In this document: piece by piece, positions 9,741-19,959 of the stretch
How the letters are laid out: the number at the start of each line of letters is the position of its first letter
How positions within the stretch are numbered: the first letter of the stretch is position 1
Source of the DNA: a virus
Lineage: Duplodnaviria > Caudoviricetes
IMG/VR virus record: IMGVR_UViG_3300010429_000387
Coordinates: 32,001-96,000 of that record
DNA: 64,000 nt
Strand: one strand, 5' to 3'
The notes under the pieces: generated by a model
Database searches by the model: none
What the model saw: only the letters and a program-made list of their open reading frames with translations
Told to the model about the DNA's origin: nothing
Made by a program: the position numbers and the translations under genes

Positions 9741-10097
9741 ATGGGCAAGTTCCTCTACCTCCTACCCTATTCTCTGATCCTTCTGGCGAGTCCCGCTGTA
9801 GCAGGCCCAAACTGCCTGGCTGGCGATACCCAGAAGGGTCCAAACTGCGTACACGAATGGATAGCCCCAGCCTCGGCATCGTCCGACTACGCTGAGGAGA
9901 TCCCTTGGAGCACGGTGTATCGCCCTCAGGGTAGAGGCCAGAAGGTAGTCTGGGGCGAGCTTCCTGGACGAGTCATTGAGTCCAGCCCTAGGCACATCCG
10001 GATTGTCCTAGACTTGGTGACCCGAGAAGGGGACCGGATTCACATCGACTCTGTGTACACCTGGGATGGGCAACGGTACTCACCCACCAAGCGGTGA
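9741..10097 (+). CDS. putative secreted protein
   Basis: signal peptide ending AVA. Confidence 0.55.
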   Translation: MGKFLYLLPYSLILLASPAVAGPNCLAGDTQKGPNCVHEWIAPASASSDYAEEIPWSTVYRPQGRGQKVVWGELPGRVIESSPRHIRIVLDLVTREGDRIHIDSVYTWDGQRYSPTKR

Positions 10098-10125
10098 AAC
10101 CCTTTTGGAACTCAGGTAGTGGTCC

Positions 10126-10614
10126 ATGAGCCTAGATGCAAACGAAATCATCGTGAACCTGTGGCAGGGTTCCAGACCCCCAACCGGAAGCGCCTTGAGA
10201 GACCTTGGGTTCAAGGTCTTGGTGCTATGTGCTCAGGAGTGGCAGCCAGCAGCACATCAGTTTCAGGGGGTTCGAGTGATTTACGCCCCGAACGATGATG
10301 ATCCGACTCGGATGCCAACTAGAGAGGAGCTGCTCATCGCAGTCCGGGCAGCTCGGGATGTGGCTCAGGCCGTGAGGGACGGTCAGAAGGTCCTGGTCAC
10401 TTGCTGGCAGGGGTGGAACCGTTCGGGCCTAGTGAGCGCCCTGGCCCTCTACCTACTGACGGGATCTTCTGGGGTGGAGTGCCGACTCCAGGTCCAGTTG
10501 AGACGAGACCACGCCCTGGTGAACCGGGGCTTCCAGAGGGCACTTGATTCTCTATCCCCAATAGCCGTCGAAAGACCGAGCTTTTTCCGTCTATCGCCAG
10601 TGACAGCCGCGTGA
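10126..10614 (+). CDS. dual-specificity (Cys-based) phosphatase
   Basis: LWQGS, KVLVTCWQGWNRSGLV (CX5R). Confidence 0.8.
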   Translation: MSLDANEIIVNLWQGSRPPTGSALRDLGFKVLVLCAQEWQPAAHQFQGVRVIYAPNDDDPTRMPTREELLIAVRAARDVAQAVRDGQKVLVTCWQGWNRSGLVSALALYLLTGSSGVECRLQVQLRRDHALVNRGFQRALDSLSPIAVERPSFFRLSPVTAA

Positions 10615-11254
10615 TCTTGAGATACTTCTGAGCAAGAAGTCCGAGGGTCCTGGCAGCCTGTTCCTCCTTGGACCGCTCCTTTGACCTGTTGAACTGAAGC
10701 CGGAGGTCATCTCCGTGGGGGATGGCTTTCAGGAGTTCTGGGGGTACCGAACGGAACCTTCCGGTCTGTAGGTACAGCCGGATTCGGAGGTCTACATCTT
10801 CGTGGCCGTACTCCCAGAACCGGGGGTCATACCCACCCACCTGGAAGAACCGGTAGACTGGAACGGCCAATGCCCCCATCAGGTCCGGTGCTGAGGGGCT
10901 TATGAAGAGGCAGGAGTCCTGGTCCAACCTGGGCTCAATGAAGCTCCAGAAGCCTTCCTGGACCAGGCTGTCGGCATCCAGGAATACCAGGTGGGTTGCC
11001 CCCTCGGAGGTTGCCCTCCTAGCCCCCTGGTTCCTAGCCACGGGGGCACTCCAGGTAGGCATCCGAACCCTCTCAACAAGGACCCTGTGGTTGCTCAAGG
11101 ATATGGCCCAGTTACCGGTCCCCTCAGGGCACTCCGCATCGACCACCACAATGGGTGCAGGGGTACGTTCAAGCATCAAAGGAAGGCTCTGCTTCAGGTG
11201 AGCGAGCCTTCCTTTGCAGGTTGTGATGATAACCGGCTTAGCCAATAGGGACAA
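10397..11254 (-). CDS. glycosyltransferase family 2
   Basis: ITTCKGRLAHL, ARNQGA, FLDAD, GGYDPRF..YGHEDVDL. Confidence 0.75.
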   Translation of the reverse strand: MSLLAKPVIITTCKGRLAHLKQSLPLMLERTPAPIVVVDAECPEGTGNWAISLSNHRVLVERVRMPTWSAPVARNQGARRATSEGATHLVFLDADSLVQEGFWSFIEPRLDQDSCLFISPSAPDLMGALAVPVYRFFQVGGYDPRFWEYGHEDVDLRIRLYLQTGRFRSVPPELLKAIPHGDDLRLQFNRSKERSKEEQAARTLGLLAQKYLKITRLSLAIDGKSSVFRRLLGIENQVPSGSPGSPGRGLVSTGPGVGTPPQKIPSVGRGPGRSLGPNGSTPASK

Positions 11255-14200
11255 TCTCGGTGAGGACTACACCAGTGTATATGATGTAGTTTACCACCAA
11301 GCTAGGTTGCATGTTTTCATGGGCTCCACCAGCTTCAGCATCAGTTCCGTCGATACTAATTCCAGTGTAACCATACGCACTGGAGGTGGAGAGGTATGCT
11401 GATTCATTGGTTCCACCGGCTGTAGTTGAGCTAACGGATAGACTTGTCGAGGATGTTGTGAAGGATACGGAACCGGACCCGCCGACCTCGGACCCACCCT
11501 GAACGTAGGCAGTTCCAGTTGACCCTGAGTTGTAGGCGTCAACCGCTACAGTATGGCTGTGGGGGTTGGGGCTGATGTTGTGGTAGTGCGAAGCCCCTGT
11601 AAACTCGTGGGTGTGGGAACCAAGATCGACTTCGTGATCGTGCCCATAGTCCTGGATGGTGTGGCTATGGTAGGGCAGACCCGAGGTGTAGGCCGTGAGG
11701 GTCACTGACTCCACACCAACTTGGTCTCCCATATATCGACTTATGGTGAACTCCCCATCCTCCCGAGTTCCAGCCCCAACCAAGGTTCGCCCTCGGGCAT
11801 CTGGAACATTGAATGTACTTACCCCGTCTCCTTCACCAAAGGGGTATCCTTGGGTGAAGTAGAGGCCATTCAGTACAGCATAGGTGCTCCGATCCAACTC
11901 TTGTCCGTCACAGATCACCCACCCTGGAGGTGGTTCAGCTCCAGTCCAAGCCCTGATCTCACCTACGAGAAGACCTGGAGAGAGCATGAGTTTGAAGTCC
12001 ACCCCAGTGAAGGTGAGGACTTTGCCGATATCATAAATGCTCGGGTTTGATGGAACCTGATACCCAGCAAGGGAATCAACACCACCTACGGTGAAGAAGC
12101 TCCCCACCCCAACTCGCAGCCCCATTCCAGTGAAGTCGAAGGTGGAAACCTCATCGAACCCCTCCAATGAGACCCACCCAGACTCAGCACTGGTCATTTG
12201 GAAGTCGAGAGCCTCAGACCCGGAGGGCAAAAACAACTTGGGGTTGGGGTTGTAGGGGGAGAATTCTTGAATCCCTCCGAAGTAAGCGTAACCACTGATA
12301 CTGCTGCCCCCATAGCCGTTCAAGGTCAGAACGTAGTCACGGGTAGAGTCGTCCCCATCCATGGCTGTTACCCTGGATGGGTTGTCCCCACTAGGAAGGG
12401 CATACTCAACTCCGGGTGTTGTAGACCCACTAGAGAATTGGTAGAGGTAGTCTCGGCCAACCATGTATACATTGTTAGTAGTGACCGCTACATCAAGAAG
12501 AGGGTCAGTCCTGCTATGACCACCTACCTGAATCTGGGTTCCCGTTTGAGAGTCCACATCGATTTGGTAGGCGCAGGCTAGGTGAACCCCATCCCAAATA
12601 AGATACCCGGCGAGCCAGATGTAGCTTCCGTTGGGTTCCGCCATCATTGCCGCTGGACTGGGGATAAAGTCGCCATCATAGTCATAGGTGATGGTTGTGA
12701 CCTCGACACCGGTCACCGGATTCAACATTGCTGCATAACTTACCCCATCCACGACCCTAATGTTGACCCAAAGCTGGCCGTCCCCATCTACCGCTAGTCC
12801 CGTACACAGGAAATCCAGGGGGCGCTCTACAAATGGAACAGCTTCGATTGGGGTTGCACCAAGGTCAATCTTCCAAACCCTACCTTCTCCGAAGTTGTCA
12901 GACCCAGCAACCCAGACACAGTTGTTCACCCCATCATAGAGAATGTCTTTGAGTTCAGCGTTGGCATTCGTGGTCACAGGGTAGAACTGGTTCACACGGT
13001 CTACCCCACCATTCTCTGAGAAGGTCAGGGTGACGTGAACAACACCCTTTCCGTTCTTCAGGAGTACCCACCACTCACTCCAATCCACAACGGAGATGAT
13101 GCTAGGCTCGACCTGTGCAGAACCCTTGATTACCGCCATGCCGGACACATTCCCAGCCAGGTCTGTTGGAGGAGTTCTGTCCCTGGATCGGTAAATCTTG
13201 AGCCCATCCGGGATGATCGGGGACTTCTGAATCCCGTTTACTACTGGGTCTGGATAGGTTCCTGTGAGATCCCCCCCTGCCTCACCTGGGGACCCAACAG
13301 ACTCAAACACGAAGCTGTTCCCACGGAAGACTGGGACAGTCCCCTGTCCCTCAGCTTGGCTATTGAACGGGTGAATGGGGTACCCAGCCAGGTGCATATC
13401 TGGGCCAAACTGAAGTGCCCCTCCCATTGGGTACTGGAACCAGTTGAGTTCCCCATCAACCTCACCAAGAGCCCCAACATACTCAGCAGAACGATAAGTT
13501 ACCAGAAGCTCCGACCCAAGATTGAAAGCAATATGTCCTGGATTTGAACCGTATGGAGCCAGGACTGTTTGCCCCAGAGAGGGGTCGTTCGGGGACTCTG
13601 TATTGTACAGGTCATCTATCCGAAGGAGCTGGTAGCAGTTTCGGGAGGTTGGCCCTGGGGTACATAGAACCCAAGCCGTGGGCGTGTTCTCTGGGAGGCG
13701 AGATGCAACCCCAATCGGATTGGTGAAAGGTGGGAAACTGAAAGATCGGGTCAGCTCAAACCCGTCAGTGGTACTAATAAACTCTACCCCACCACTTCCT
13801 CGGTTGTCACGTTGCCCGTTGGCAACAACTGTAAGGGTATACTCGCCCCCAAACCCAAGGTTAACCTGGATGTCAGTGACATCTGTTGACCCACCTGTTT
13901 CGACAATGTGGGAGTCCCAGGTAGTTCCATCGTAGGAGTACACAACCCCTGTGTATGCGTCCCCAAGCTCAGGGATCTCCCCATAGTATGTTCCACCGAA
14001 GTAGACTTTCGTCTCTCTTTCATCACTCGCACATTGGATGTCTGACATCCCCTCAGGGAAGTCGATAATGGCACCTATTGTCTCAACTTGTGAGTCAAAA
14101 GGAATGAGCCTCTTGATATTTTGAGTCCCATCTACGAACAATAGCCAGACAAGCTCCAAATCTTGGGATGAAGCCACTTTGAGGAGCTGTGACCCACCCT

Positions 14201-14915
14201 CTGGTAGTGAAGGAGTGATGTCATACTCAAACACTTCGTGGTCAGACAGTGTCACGCACCAGAGGAGCTGTTGTACTGGATTGGTTCCCTCTCGATACCC
14301 AATGACCCAAAGGTAATCCCTTCCATCGTAAGTGGCATCAACGATAGTGGCCTCTTCTTCTGGGTCAGGGGTTCCATCTCCCAGGGGGGGTCCAAGAAAG
14401 TCTAAAACCTCCCTGCTTTCAAGAGTATCTGGGCTGTCACTCCAGGACAAGAATACAATGCTCTTGCGTCGGAGAACCGCAAGTCTCCAAGGCTGTAAGG
14501 GTACTACCTTGAAGGGCCAGGTTGACCCTTCTGTGTGCTGAAGCAGGTCCCCTGCCTTGGTCAAGGGTTGGAGATCCTTGTAGGGGTTCACTCCTTCCCA
14601 GGTAGAGGCGTCAATGATACCCTGACCGAGAACCCCAACTACGGTTTGCTTCGTGGATCCACCTGAGAGGTCTCCCCCAGCAGTGAACCCGCCACCTGAG
14701 CTGAAGGGATTCCAGGTGAGGAGGTCGCTCCCGAGTTGCCACATGGAGCCTTCTTCCTCGGCCCACACGAGCATCCCAGCTTTTCGGCTGACAGAAGCGA
14801 TAGCATCTCTTTCTGCGATGTTAGCTACAGCTCGGAATCCGCCCTTGGTGCTTGTGTCCTCAACGAGTGGAAAAGACCCGAGAGGGACGAGAATGTCTGT
14901 TAGTCCGATAGGCAT
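11238..14915 (-). CDS. tail fibre protein with C-terminal tail-collar domain
   Basis: AGGDL(S/T)G repeats; GEIRAW...GWVICDG...TFNVPDARGR; HxH motifs; HENMQPSLVVNYII. Confidence 0.8.
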   Translation of the reverse strand: MPIGLTDILVPLGSFPLVEDTSTKGGFRAVANIAERDAIASVSRKAGMLVWAEEEGSMWQLGSDLLTWNPFSSGGGFTAGGDLSGGSTKQTVVGVLGQGIIDASTWEGVNPYKDLQPLTKAGDLLQHTEGSTWPFKVVPLQPWRLAVLRRKSIVFLSWSDSPDTLESREVLDFLGPPLGDGTPDPEEEATIVDATYDGRDYLWVIGYREGTNPVQQLLWCVTLSDHEVFEYDITPSLPEGGSQLLKVASSQDLELVWLLFVDGTQNIKRLIPFDSQVETIGAIIDFPEGMSDIQCASDERETKVYFGGTYYGEIPELGDAYTGVVYSYDGTTWDSHIVETGGSTDVTDIQVNLGFGGEYTLTVVANGQRDNRGSGGVEFISTTDGFELTRSFSFPPFTNPIGVASRLPENTPTAWVLCTPGPTSRNCYQLLRIDDLYNTESPNDPSLGQTVLAPYGSNPGHIAFNLGSELLVTYRSAEYVGALGEVDGELNWFQYPMGGALQFGPDMHLAGYPIHPFNSQAEGQGTVPVFRGNSFVFESVGSPGEAGGDLTGTYPDPVVNGIQKSPIIPDGLKIYRSRDRTPPTDLAGNVSGMAVIKGSAQVEPSIISVVDWSEWWVLLKNGKGVVHVTLTFSENGGVDRVNQFYPVTTNANAELKDILYDGVNNCVWVAGSDNFGEGRVWKIDLGATPIEAVPFVERPLDFLCTGLAVDGDGQLWVNIRVVDGVSYAAMLNPVTGVEVTTITYDYDGDFIPSPAAMMAEPNGSYIWLAGYLIWDGVHLACAYQIDVDSQTGTQIQVGGHSRTDPLLDVAVTTNNVYMVGRDYLYQFSSGSTTPGVEYALPSGDNPSRVTAMDGDDSTRDYVLTLNGYGGSSISGYAYFGGIQEFSPYNPNPKLFLPSGSEALDFQMTSAESGWVSLEGFDEVSTFDFTGMGLRVGVGSFFTVGGVDSLAGYQVPSNPSIYDIGKVLTFTGVDFKLMLSPGLLVGEIRAWTGAEPPPGWVICDGQELDRSTYAVLNGLYFTQGYPFGEGDGVSTFNVPDARGRTLVGAGTREDGEFTISRYMGDQVGVESVTLTAYTSGLPYHSHTIQDYGHDHEVDLGSHTHEFTGASHYHNISPNPHSHTVAVDAYNSGSTGTAYVQGGSEVGGSGSVSFTTSSTSLSVSSTTAGGTNESAYLSTSSAYGYTGISIDGTDAEAGGAHENMQPSLVVNYIIYTGVVLTEIVPIG

Positions 14916-14916
14916 G

Positions 14917-16119
14917 TCAGGTCACCACAAAGGCGAGGTTGGTTCCAGTGAGGAGATTGGTGCTCTCATAAACGTAGTACGTCCGAGTCACACCATTGAT
15001 GTTGGTGAGTTGGATCTCGACGGGTTCATTGAAGGCAGCGGGGAACCCGTTCAAGGTGAAGGTTGCGGCTCCATACGCCTTGGGGTAAGCGTAGTAGACC
15101 TTTTGGTCGCTTGGACTCACCGTAATGACCCGATTCCTTGAGGTAGCAAGGGTCGTCCCAGCAAGTGCCTTCACATCTTCTTCAGTGAGGGCCTCAGCCT
15201 CTCCCACCCCATACCAAATGTCACTGGTCCAAGTGACAGTCCAAGAGGCTGTCTTGACACTCCCCTTCGAGGCAGTAAGGGTGGCTGTCATCGTTGGGTC
15301 TGTTCCCAGATCGGTTCCGAACCGTTGGGCAGATCCACCTAGGCCCCAACTGGTATATGACCCAAGATTAGACCAGGACCCAGGGTTCACATCACCACCA
15401 GTGGTACTCCCCCCGAAAGAATTCGCCACTGAGGCAGAGTTTGGAGGGCCAGAAGTATAGGTCGAGGAAGCCGTGACCGAGCTGATGCTGTCCCCTCTTC
15501 GGTAGAGAGTGGTTCCACCATTGGGGGCGGTCTTCGAGAAAGAGGCAATGGCAAAGGCCGGAAGAATCATCTCCTGAGTCAGTCGAGCAAAGACCGGGCT
15601 CCCACCTGGGTCCTCCATCAAGACGGCGTATTGCTCTCCGGAGACTGGTGGAAGCCCACCACCACCACCACCACCACCAGAACGAATGAAGGTGTTGATC
15701 GTAGTGGCCCACCCAAAGTCGGGATCTCCCTCGAAACGTTCACCCACGGCTGCCACTCGAAAGCCGTCAGTAGTCAGGGTGTAGATCCCGAAGTTTGAGA
15801 CCAGGCCCGCCCCACCACCGTTGACCATCGAACGGAAGATGATTGCCCGACCAATGCCAACTCCGGCAGGCATTGTGAAGGTCACCTCTGAGGTTGGGTC
15901 GGAGACCACATGGGTCTCTGGGTCCACTCCGGAGAGGGCCGGAGCAATACCTGTGACCTCATCCACCCCAAACGCCTGAAGTGTCCACTGTGACACTTCA
16001 TCGGAACTTACCAGTCTCAAATAGATGGTGTTCCCAGGGGTAACATTGATCCCGGCTGTGGGGGTAGTCCAGCTTCCCCCTACCCCGTCTTTGACTTGAA
16101 CCGTTGGTGAGGCAGCCAT
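14917..16119 (-). CDS. putative virion structural protein
   Basis: Gly/Thr/Ser-rich; YYAYPKAYG; co-oriented with tail fibre; N-domain paralogous to 16779-19043. Confidence 0.6.
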   Translation of the reverse strand: MAASPTVQVKDGVGGSWTTPTAGINVTPGNTIYLRLVSSDEVSQWTLQAFGVDEVTGIAPALSGVDPETHVVSDPTSEVTFTMPAGVGIGRAIIFRSMVNGGGAGLVSNFGIYTLTTDGFRVAAVGERFEGDPDFGWATTINTFIRSGGGGGGGGLPPVSGEQYAVLMEDPGGSPVFARLTQEMILPAFAIASFSKTAPNGGTTLYRRGDSISSVTASSTYTSGPPNSASVANSFGGSTTGGDVNPGSWSNLGSYTSWGLGGSAQRFGTDLGTDPTMTATLTASKGSVKTASWTVTWTSDIWYGVGEAEALTEEDVKALAGTTLATSRNRVITVSPSDQKVYYAYPKAYGAATFTLNGFPAAFNEPVEIQLTNINGVTRTYYVYESTNLLTGTNLAFVVT

Positions 16120-16121
16120 GA

Positions 16122-16484
16122 CTACTCCTTGCAGGTCTCGGGAGCCTTCTTGCGATACTCCTCGACCTTGTCACAGCTCGGAACGAGCATGACGCATCGA
16201 GGGTTCATGAAGGCACCACGATCTTGAGAGACCTTGCAGAACTCCTCACAGGTCTCGTTCGGGACATCCACTGGGCCAGGCTTGTCCGAGTTGTAGACCG
16301 GGGTCCCTTCCTCGCAACCAAGCCCACCCTTGTCTTTGGGGCCTAGGTGAGCACACATCTTCCCACACAGGTCTGTGTCCGGGGGCTTGATGGGGGCGGG
16401 GCTCGGGGCCTCACGATCCCCCTGGTGTGGGCACCCAACGAGGAACAGTCCGATCAGGATGGTGAAGAGGCTGATGTGTCTCAT
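16122..16484 (-). CDS. Cys-rich lipoprotein
   Basis: lipobox LVGC after a hydrophobic signal. Confidence 0.6.
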   Translation of the reverse strand: MRHISLFTILIGLFLVGCPHQGDREAPSPAPIKPPDTDLCGKMCAHLGPKDKGGLGCEEGTPVYNSDKPGPVDVPNETCEEFCKVSQDRGAFMNPRCVMLVPSCDKVEEYRKKAPETCKE

Positions 16485-16509
16485 GCTATGCTCCGAGTTG
16501 AAAGGTAGC

Positions 16510-16782
16510 TTAGTGAGATGGGAGCCGATCCACGGAGATCGGCATTTGTTGACCACCTTCTGGACCAAGTGTGAGAAAGGTCAACCCATCCGTGGACATA
16601 ATGAAGGGTCCCGGCAGAACAGCTACCACCCCCTGGAGTTCCGAGACAGATGCCGCTCGAAAGTAGCGTTGTGACCATTTCTTGAAGAAGACTCGCATCG
16701 GGATGAAGGTTTCGCCAGAGTTTACCGACTCTTGCAGTTGAGCATCCAGCTCTTCTTTGGTCAGGATGATGTTGGTGATCAT
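16510..16782 (-). CDS. hypothetical protein
   Basis: start overlaps the stop of the upstream gene. Confidence 0.5.
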   Translation of the reverse strand: MITNIILTKEELDAQLQESVNSGETFIPMRVFFKKWSQRYFRAASVSELQGVVAVLPGPFIMSTDGLTFLTLGPEGGQQMPISVDRLPSH

Positions 16783-19043
16783 GCGGTCTCCCAGCTCACA
16801 ACAATGTCAGTTCGGTAGAGTTCAGCGTTAGCACCGGCTGCATCGACATAAGCGACCACCTCGAACAGTCCAGAGGTGACTGCTGGTGCCAGGGTATTGA
16901 TCCAAGAAGTCAGTTCGGTGAGTTCCACGTCAAAGGTTGAGACTGGGCCACCTACATAGCCTCCAACGGTTGTGATTGTCTGGGTGGCACTGGCAAGATA
17001 TCCAACAGCCCCAGAAGCCCCATTGCAGTCGTATACCTTGATCGTGAGGGTCCCCGTAGCGGTACAGTGCCCCTCTCCTCGGAAGCGGACCCGACGGTAG
17101 CGACGGCCCTTCTTGGCGATCTTGTGGGATTGAGTGGATTCGTTTGATGGGTGAACCAGACGAGCAAAGCCAACCACCTGAGGGCTCGTGTTCACTATGC
17201 CCCTTACTACCCCGCTGGTGGCCTGGGCATACTCGTTGGAGGTTCCTCCTCCAAGCTCTACATCGAGGGGTCTGTCGAGCCAGGAGATCGAGTTGAACGC
17301 CTGGTTTCCACCCATGTTGGTACAGGTGAACTGAAGAGTTGTACCACCCCCAACCCAGAAGGCCATAACCCCAGGGGCTATAGCAATCATGTTGCTTCTC
17401 ACTGGAGAGTAATCCGGGGTTCCGAGCCAGGTCATCGAAGCGGGATCGAAGTGCCCAATATCATCGGTGGTGCTCCTGAACCACACGGTCTCTCCATCCC
17501 ATACCATCCGGCTCCAGTCAGCATTGAGCGATCCACCATACAAACCGAATCGAACGTCGGCCCCATTGGCAGCCAATGTTGCATCAACAACCATTCTCCT
17601 TGGGTCAATACGATAGAATGCGTTGTTTGCAACGCTCATCACAATGATGTTCTGCCCATCAAAGATGATGTCCCTTGGGTCGTTGATGTAGATGTCACCG
17701 ATTGCAACGATTGTGGCTGCATCAGACCCAACCTCCATCTTGTACACACGGTCACCAGCCGTATCACAGACCCAAATGTTCTCCTCAGCGTCGGCACAAA
17801 TAGCAGTTGGTTGGAGTCCTGGGAACTGCCATGCCCCATAGCACACACCACCATTCCAGTCATACAGGTAGATGGTGTTCTCATTGGGGGCAGTGACCAT
17901 AATCTGCCCGAATTTATGAGAAGAGTTCTGCCCCTTCATTGAAACAGCAATGCGACCTCCGAGGAAACCATCCGTGGTGTTGGGGCAGCACTTTGTGTAG
18001 AAAGGGTTCCCTGTAACCGGGTTGGTCATCGACCGGTAGATGTTCATCAAGTAGAAGCCGTTTGGCTGAACTCCTGCTATAAAGTTCCCACCGACCCAGT
18101 CTGTGTGAGCAACCAGGTCAGTACAGTTCATCCCCGGTAGGTTGCCATTGAGTGGGATGTCTGCATCACCTACCGCCGAAAACTGAGCCCACTTACGGGA
18201 TGTTCCTTCGTTGATGTTGTAAGACCAGAGCCAACCATCCTCCCCGTTCCAGGTTCCTGTGAAAAAGACCTCGTCCCCTAGAAGGCAAGAGGCCATCGCT
18301 GCTGGGATGTTGGAGGGTCCGACTGCTGGGCTTGTGATCGAGTCTGAGGTAAGGCTGCGAATGACTGGGCTTGCCCCAATATTTCTGCCTACATAGTATT
18401 GAAATCCCTCGGACCAGGAACGCCCTCCTGTCAAATTGGTCCGCCTATAGGGGACAGCTCTAGCGCCCGAGGAGTTGTCAGCCCTAGCAAACTTCAGGGG
18501 TAGGTCAGTTGGGGAGTATGCGGTCCCATTGAAAACTAGGCCCTGACCTAGGCTTGGACCAGCATAAACTGGGGTTCCCTGGATAGAGGTTGCATCAACC
18601 CCTCCAGGGGTTGCGTTGCGAATCAGCTTGTTGACTAGACGGGTCCACCCGAACTCGGAATCCCCTTCATGAGTCATCCCCACGAAACCGACACGGTCTC
18701 CGTTCATAGTCAAGGTGAAGACTGCAAACTTAGAGATGTGGGATGGATCAGTTCCATCAACCCTGGAGTGGAATCCGAAGGCCCGGCCATCAGCATCCTC
18801 CATTGTGAAGGTAACCTCGGTCGTGGGACTCAAGACCAGATGCGTCCCTGGGTTCACATCCGACAGGGTGGGGGTGATTGATTCCTCATCAGTTCCTAGG
18901 GATCTGAGGTACCAAGAGCTAACCCCCGTAGCATCCTTGAGCCGAATGGAGATGATGTTTCCAGGTGTGACATCAACCCCATCCAGGGTCTCCTGCCAGG
19001 AACCCGAGCCGTCCTTGACCTGCACAGTGGAGAAGATGCTCAT
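16779..19043 (-). CDS. putative tail/receptor-binding protein with beta-propeller-like repeats
   Basis: PTAICAD..NIWV, PRDIIFDG repeats; located in structural block. Confidence 0.6.
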   Translation of the reverse strand: MSIFSTVQVKDGSGSWQETLDGVDVTPGNIISIRLKDATGVSSWYLRSLGTDEESITPTLSDVNPGTHLVLSPTTEVTFTMEDADGRAFGFHSRVDGTDPSHISKFAVFTLTMNGDRVGFVGMTHEGDSEFGWTRLVNKLIRNATPGGVDATSIQGTPVYAGPSLGQGLVFNGTAYSPTDLPLKFARADNSSGARAVPYRRTNLTGGRSWSEGFQYYVGRNIGASPVIRSLTSDSITSPAVGPSNIPAAMASCLLGDEVFFTGTWNGEDGWLWSYNINEGTSRKWAQFSAVGDADIPLNGNLPGMNCTDLVAHTDWVGGNFIAGVQPNGFYLMNIYRSMTNPVTGNPFYTKCCPNTTDGFLGGRIAVSMKGQNSSHKFGQIMVTAPNENTIYLYDWNGGVCYGAWQFPGLQPTAICADAEENIWVCDTAGDRVYKMEVGSDAATIVAIGDIYINDPRDIIFDGQNIIVMSVANNAFYRIDPRRMVVDATLAANGADVRFGLYGGSLNADWSRMVWDGETVWFRSTTDDIGHFDPASMTWLGTPDYSPVRSNMIAIAPGVMAFWVGGGTTLQFTCTNMGGNQAFNSISWLDRPLDVELGGGTSNEYAQATSGVVRGIVNTSPQVVGFARLVHPSNESTQSHKIAKKGRRYRRVRFRGEGHCTATGTLTIKVYDCNGASGAVGYLASATQTITTVGGYVGGPVSTFDVELTELTSWINTLAPAVTSGLFEVVAYVDAAGANAELYRTDIVVSWETA

Positions 19044-19137
19044 CCTACCGAGGTTATGGGATGAGTTCTTTATCCACGGCCTCGGTAGCTGGGATCGATA
19101 AACCTTCTACGTGAAGGGCCTCGGTAGAGGAAGCACC

Positions 19138-19959
19138 ATGGAGATCAAGCTAGGCTACCGTCGGGACCCCATCGAAGGTGTCAAGAACGACTTCGACTTC
19201 AAGACCCAGCTCAAGCCCTTCCTGATCAGCACCTCTGACGGGGACATTGACCTGAGCCCTTTCGCAACTGAGTCAAATCAGTACAACATCGGCTCATGTG
19301 CCGGGAATGCTACAGCAGATTCGGTGGAGGTAGTGAGCGCCATCGACGAAGCCGACAAGGCTGCTGCCGAAGGCAGGGCTCCACGCCCCCCGGTTCAGTT
19401 GTCACGCCTCTTTGTCTACTCGATGGCCCGGTCCCTCATGGATGACGACGGAGACGGCCAGGGGGACATCAACAAGGACGACGGGACCTTCATTCGACTG
19501 TGCTTCGAGGTCCTCAGTCGCTTCGGGATCTGTGACGAGAAGGTATGGCCTTACGACACGAGCAAGGTCTTCGTCTCCCCGAGCATCAAGGCCATGCGTC
19601 AGGCTACCGGGCACAAGATCCACAGCTACTACCGCATCAGGGAGACAGGGGACGACCGGCTCACCGAGATTGTGTCAGCCCTCCAAGCTAGGCATCCCGT
19701 GGTCTTTGGGACCTTGGTGAATCAGGCGTTCACTGAGTCGAGTGGACCTTCCACGATTGACCGCCCAACAGGGGCGACCATGGGTGGTCACGCCATGATG
19801 ATCGTTGGCTATGTCAACGGACTCTTCAAGGTGAAGAACTCATGGGGTAAGGGCTGGCGTGATGGGGGCTACTGCTTCCTCACCCCTGAGTATCTGACTT
19901 GGGACAAGACCTGGGACATCTGGGTCCCGACCTCCGGCACTGTTTTTGGTAGGCGCTGA
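19138..19959 (+). CDS. papain-like C1 cysteine peptidase
   Basis: Q..IGSCAG, GGHAM, VKNSWG..W.DGGY. Confidence 0.9.
   Translation: MEIKLGYRRDPIEGVKNDFDFKTQLKPFLISTSDGDIDLSPFATESNQYNIGSCAGNATADSVEVVSAIDEADKAAAEGRAPRPPVQLSRLFVYSMARSLMDDDGDGQGDINKDDGTFIRLCFEVLSRFGICDEKVWPYDTSKVFVSPSIKAMRQATGHKIHSYYRIRETGDDRLTEIVSALQARHPVVFGTLVNQAFTESSGPSTIDRPTGATMGGHAMMIVGYVNGLFKVKNSWGKGWRDGGYCFLTPEYLTWDKTWDIWVPTSGTVFGRR

Noticed and set aside
10397-10614. 218-nt antisense overlap of GT2 and phosphatase as a functional feature
   Set aside because: The GT2 tail in the overlap is low-complexity and is probably a stop-loss extension.
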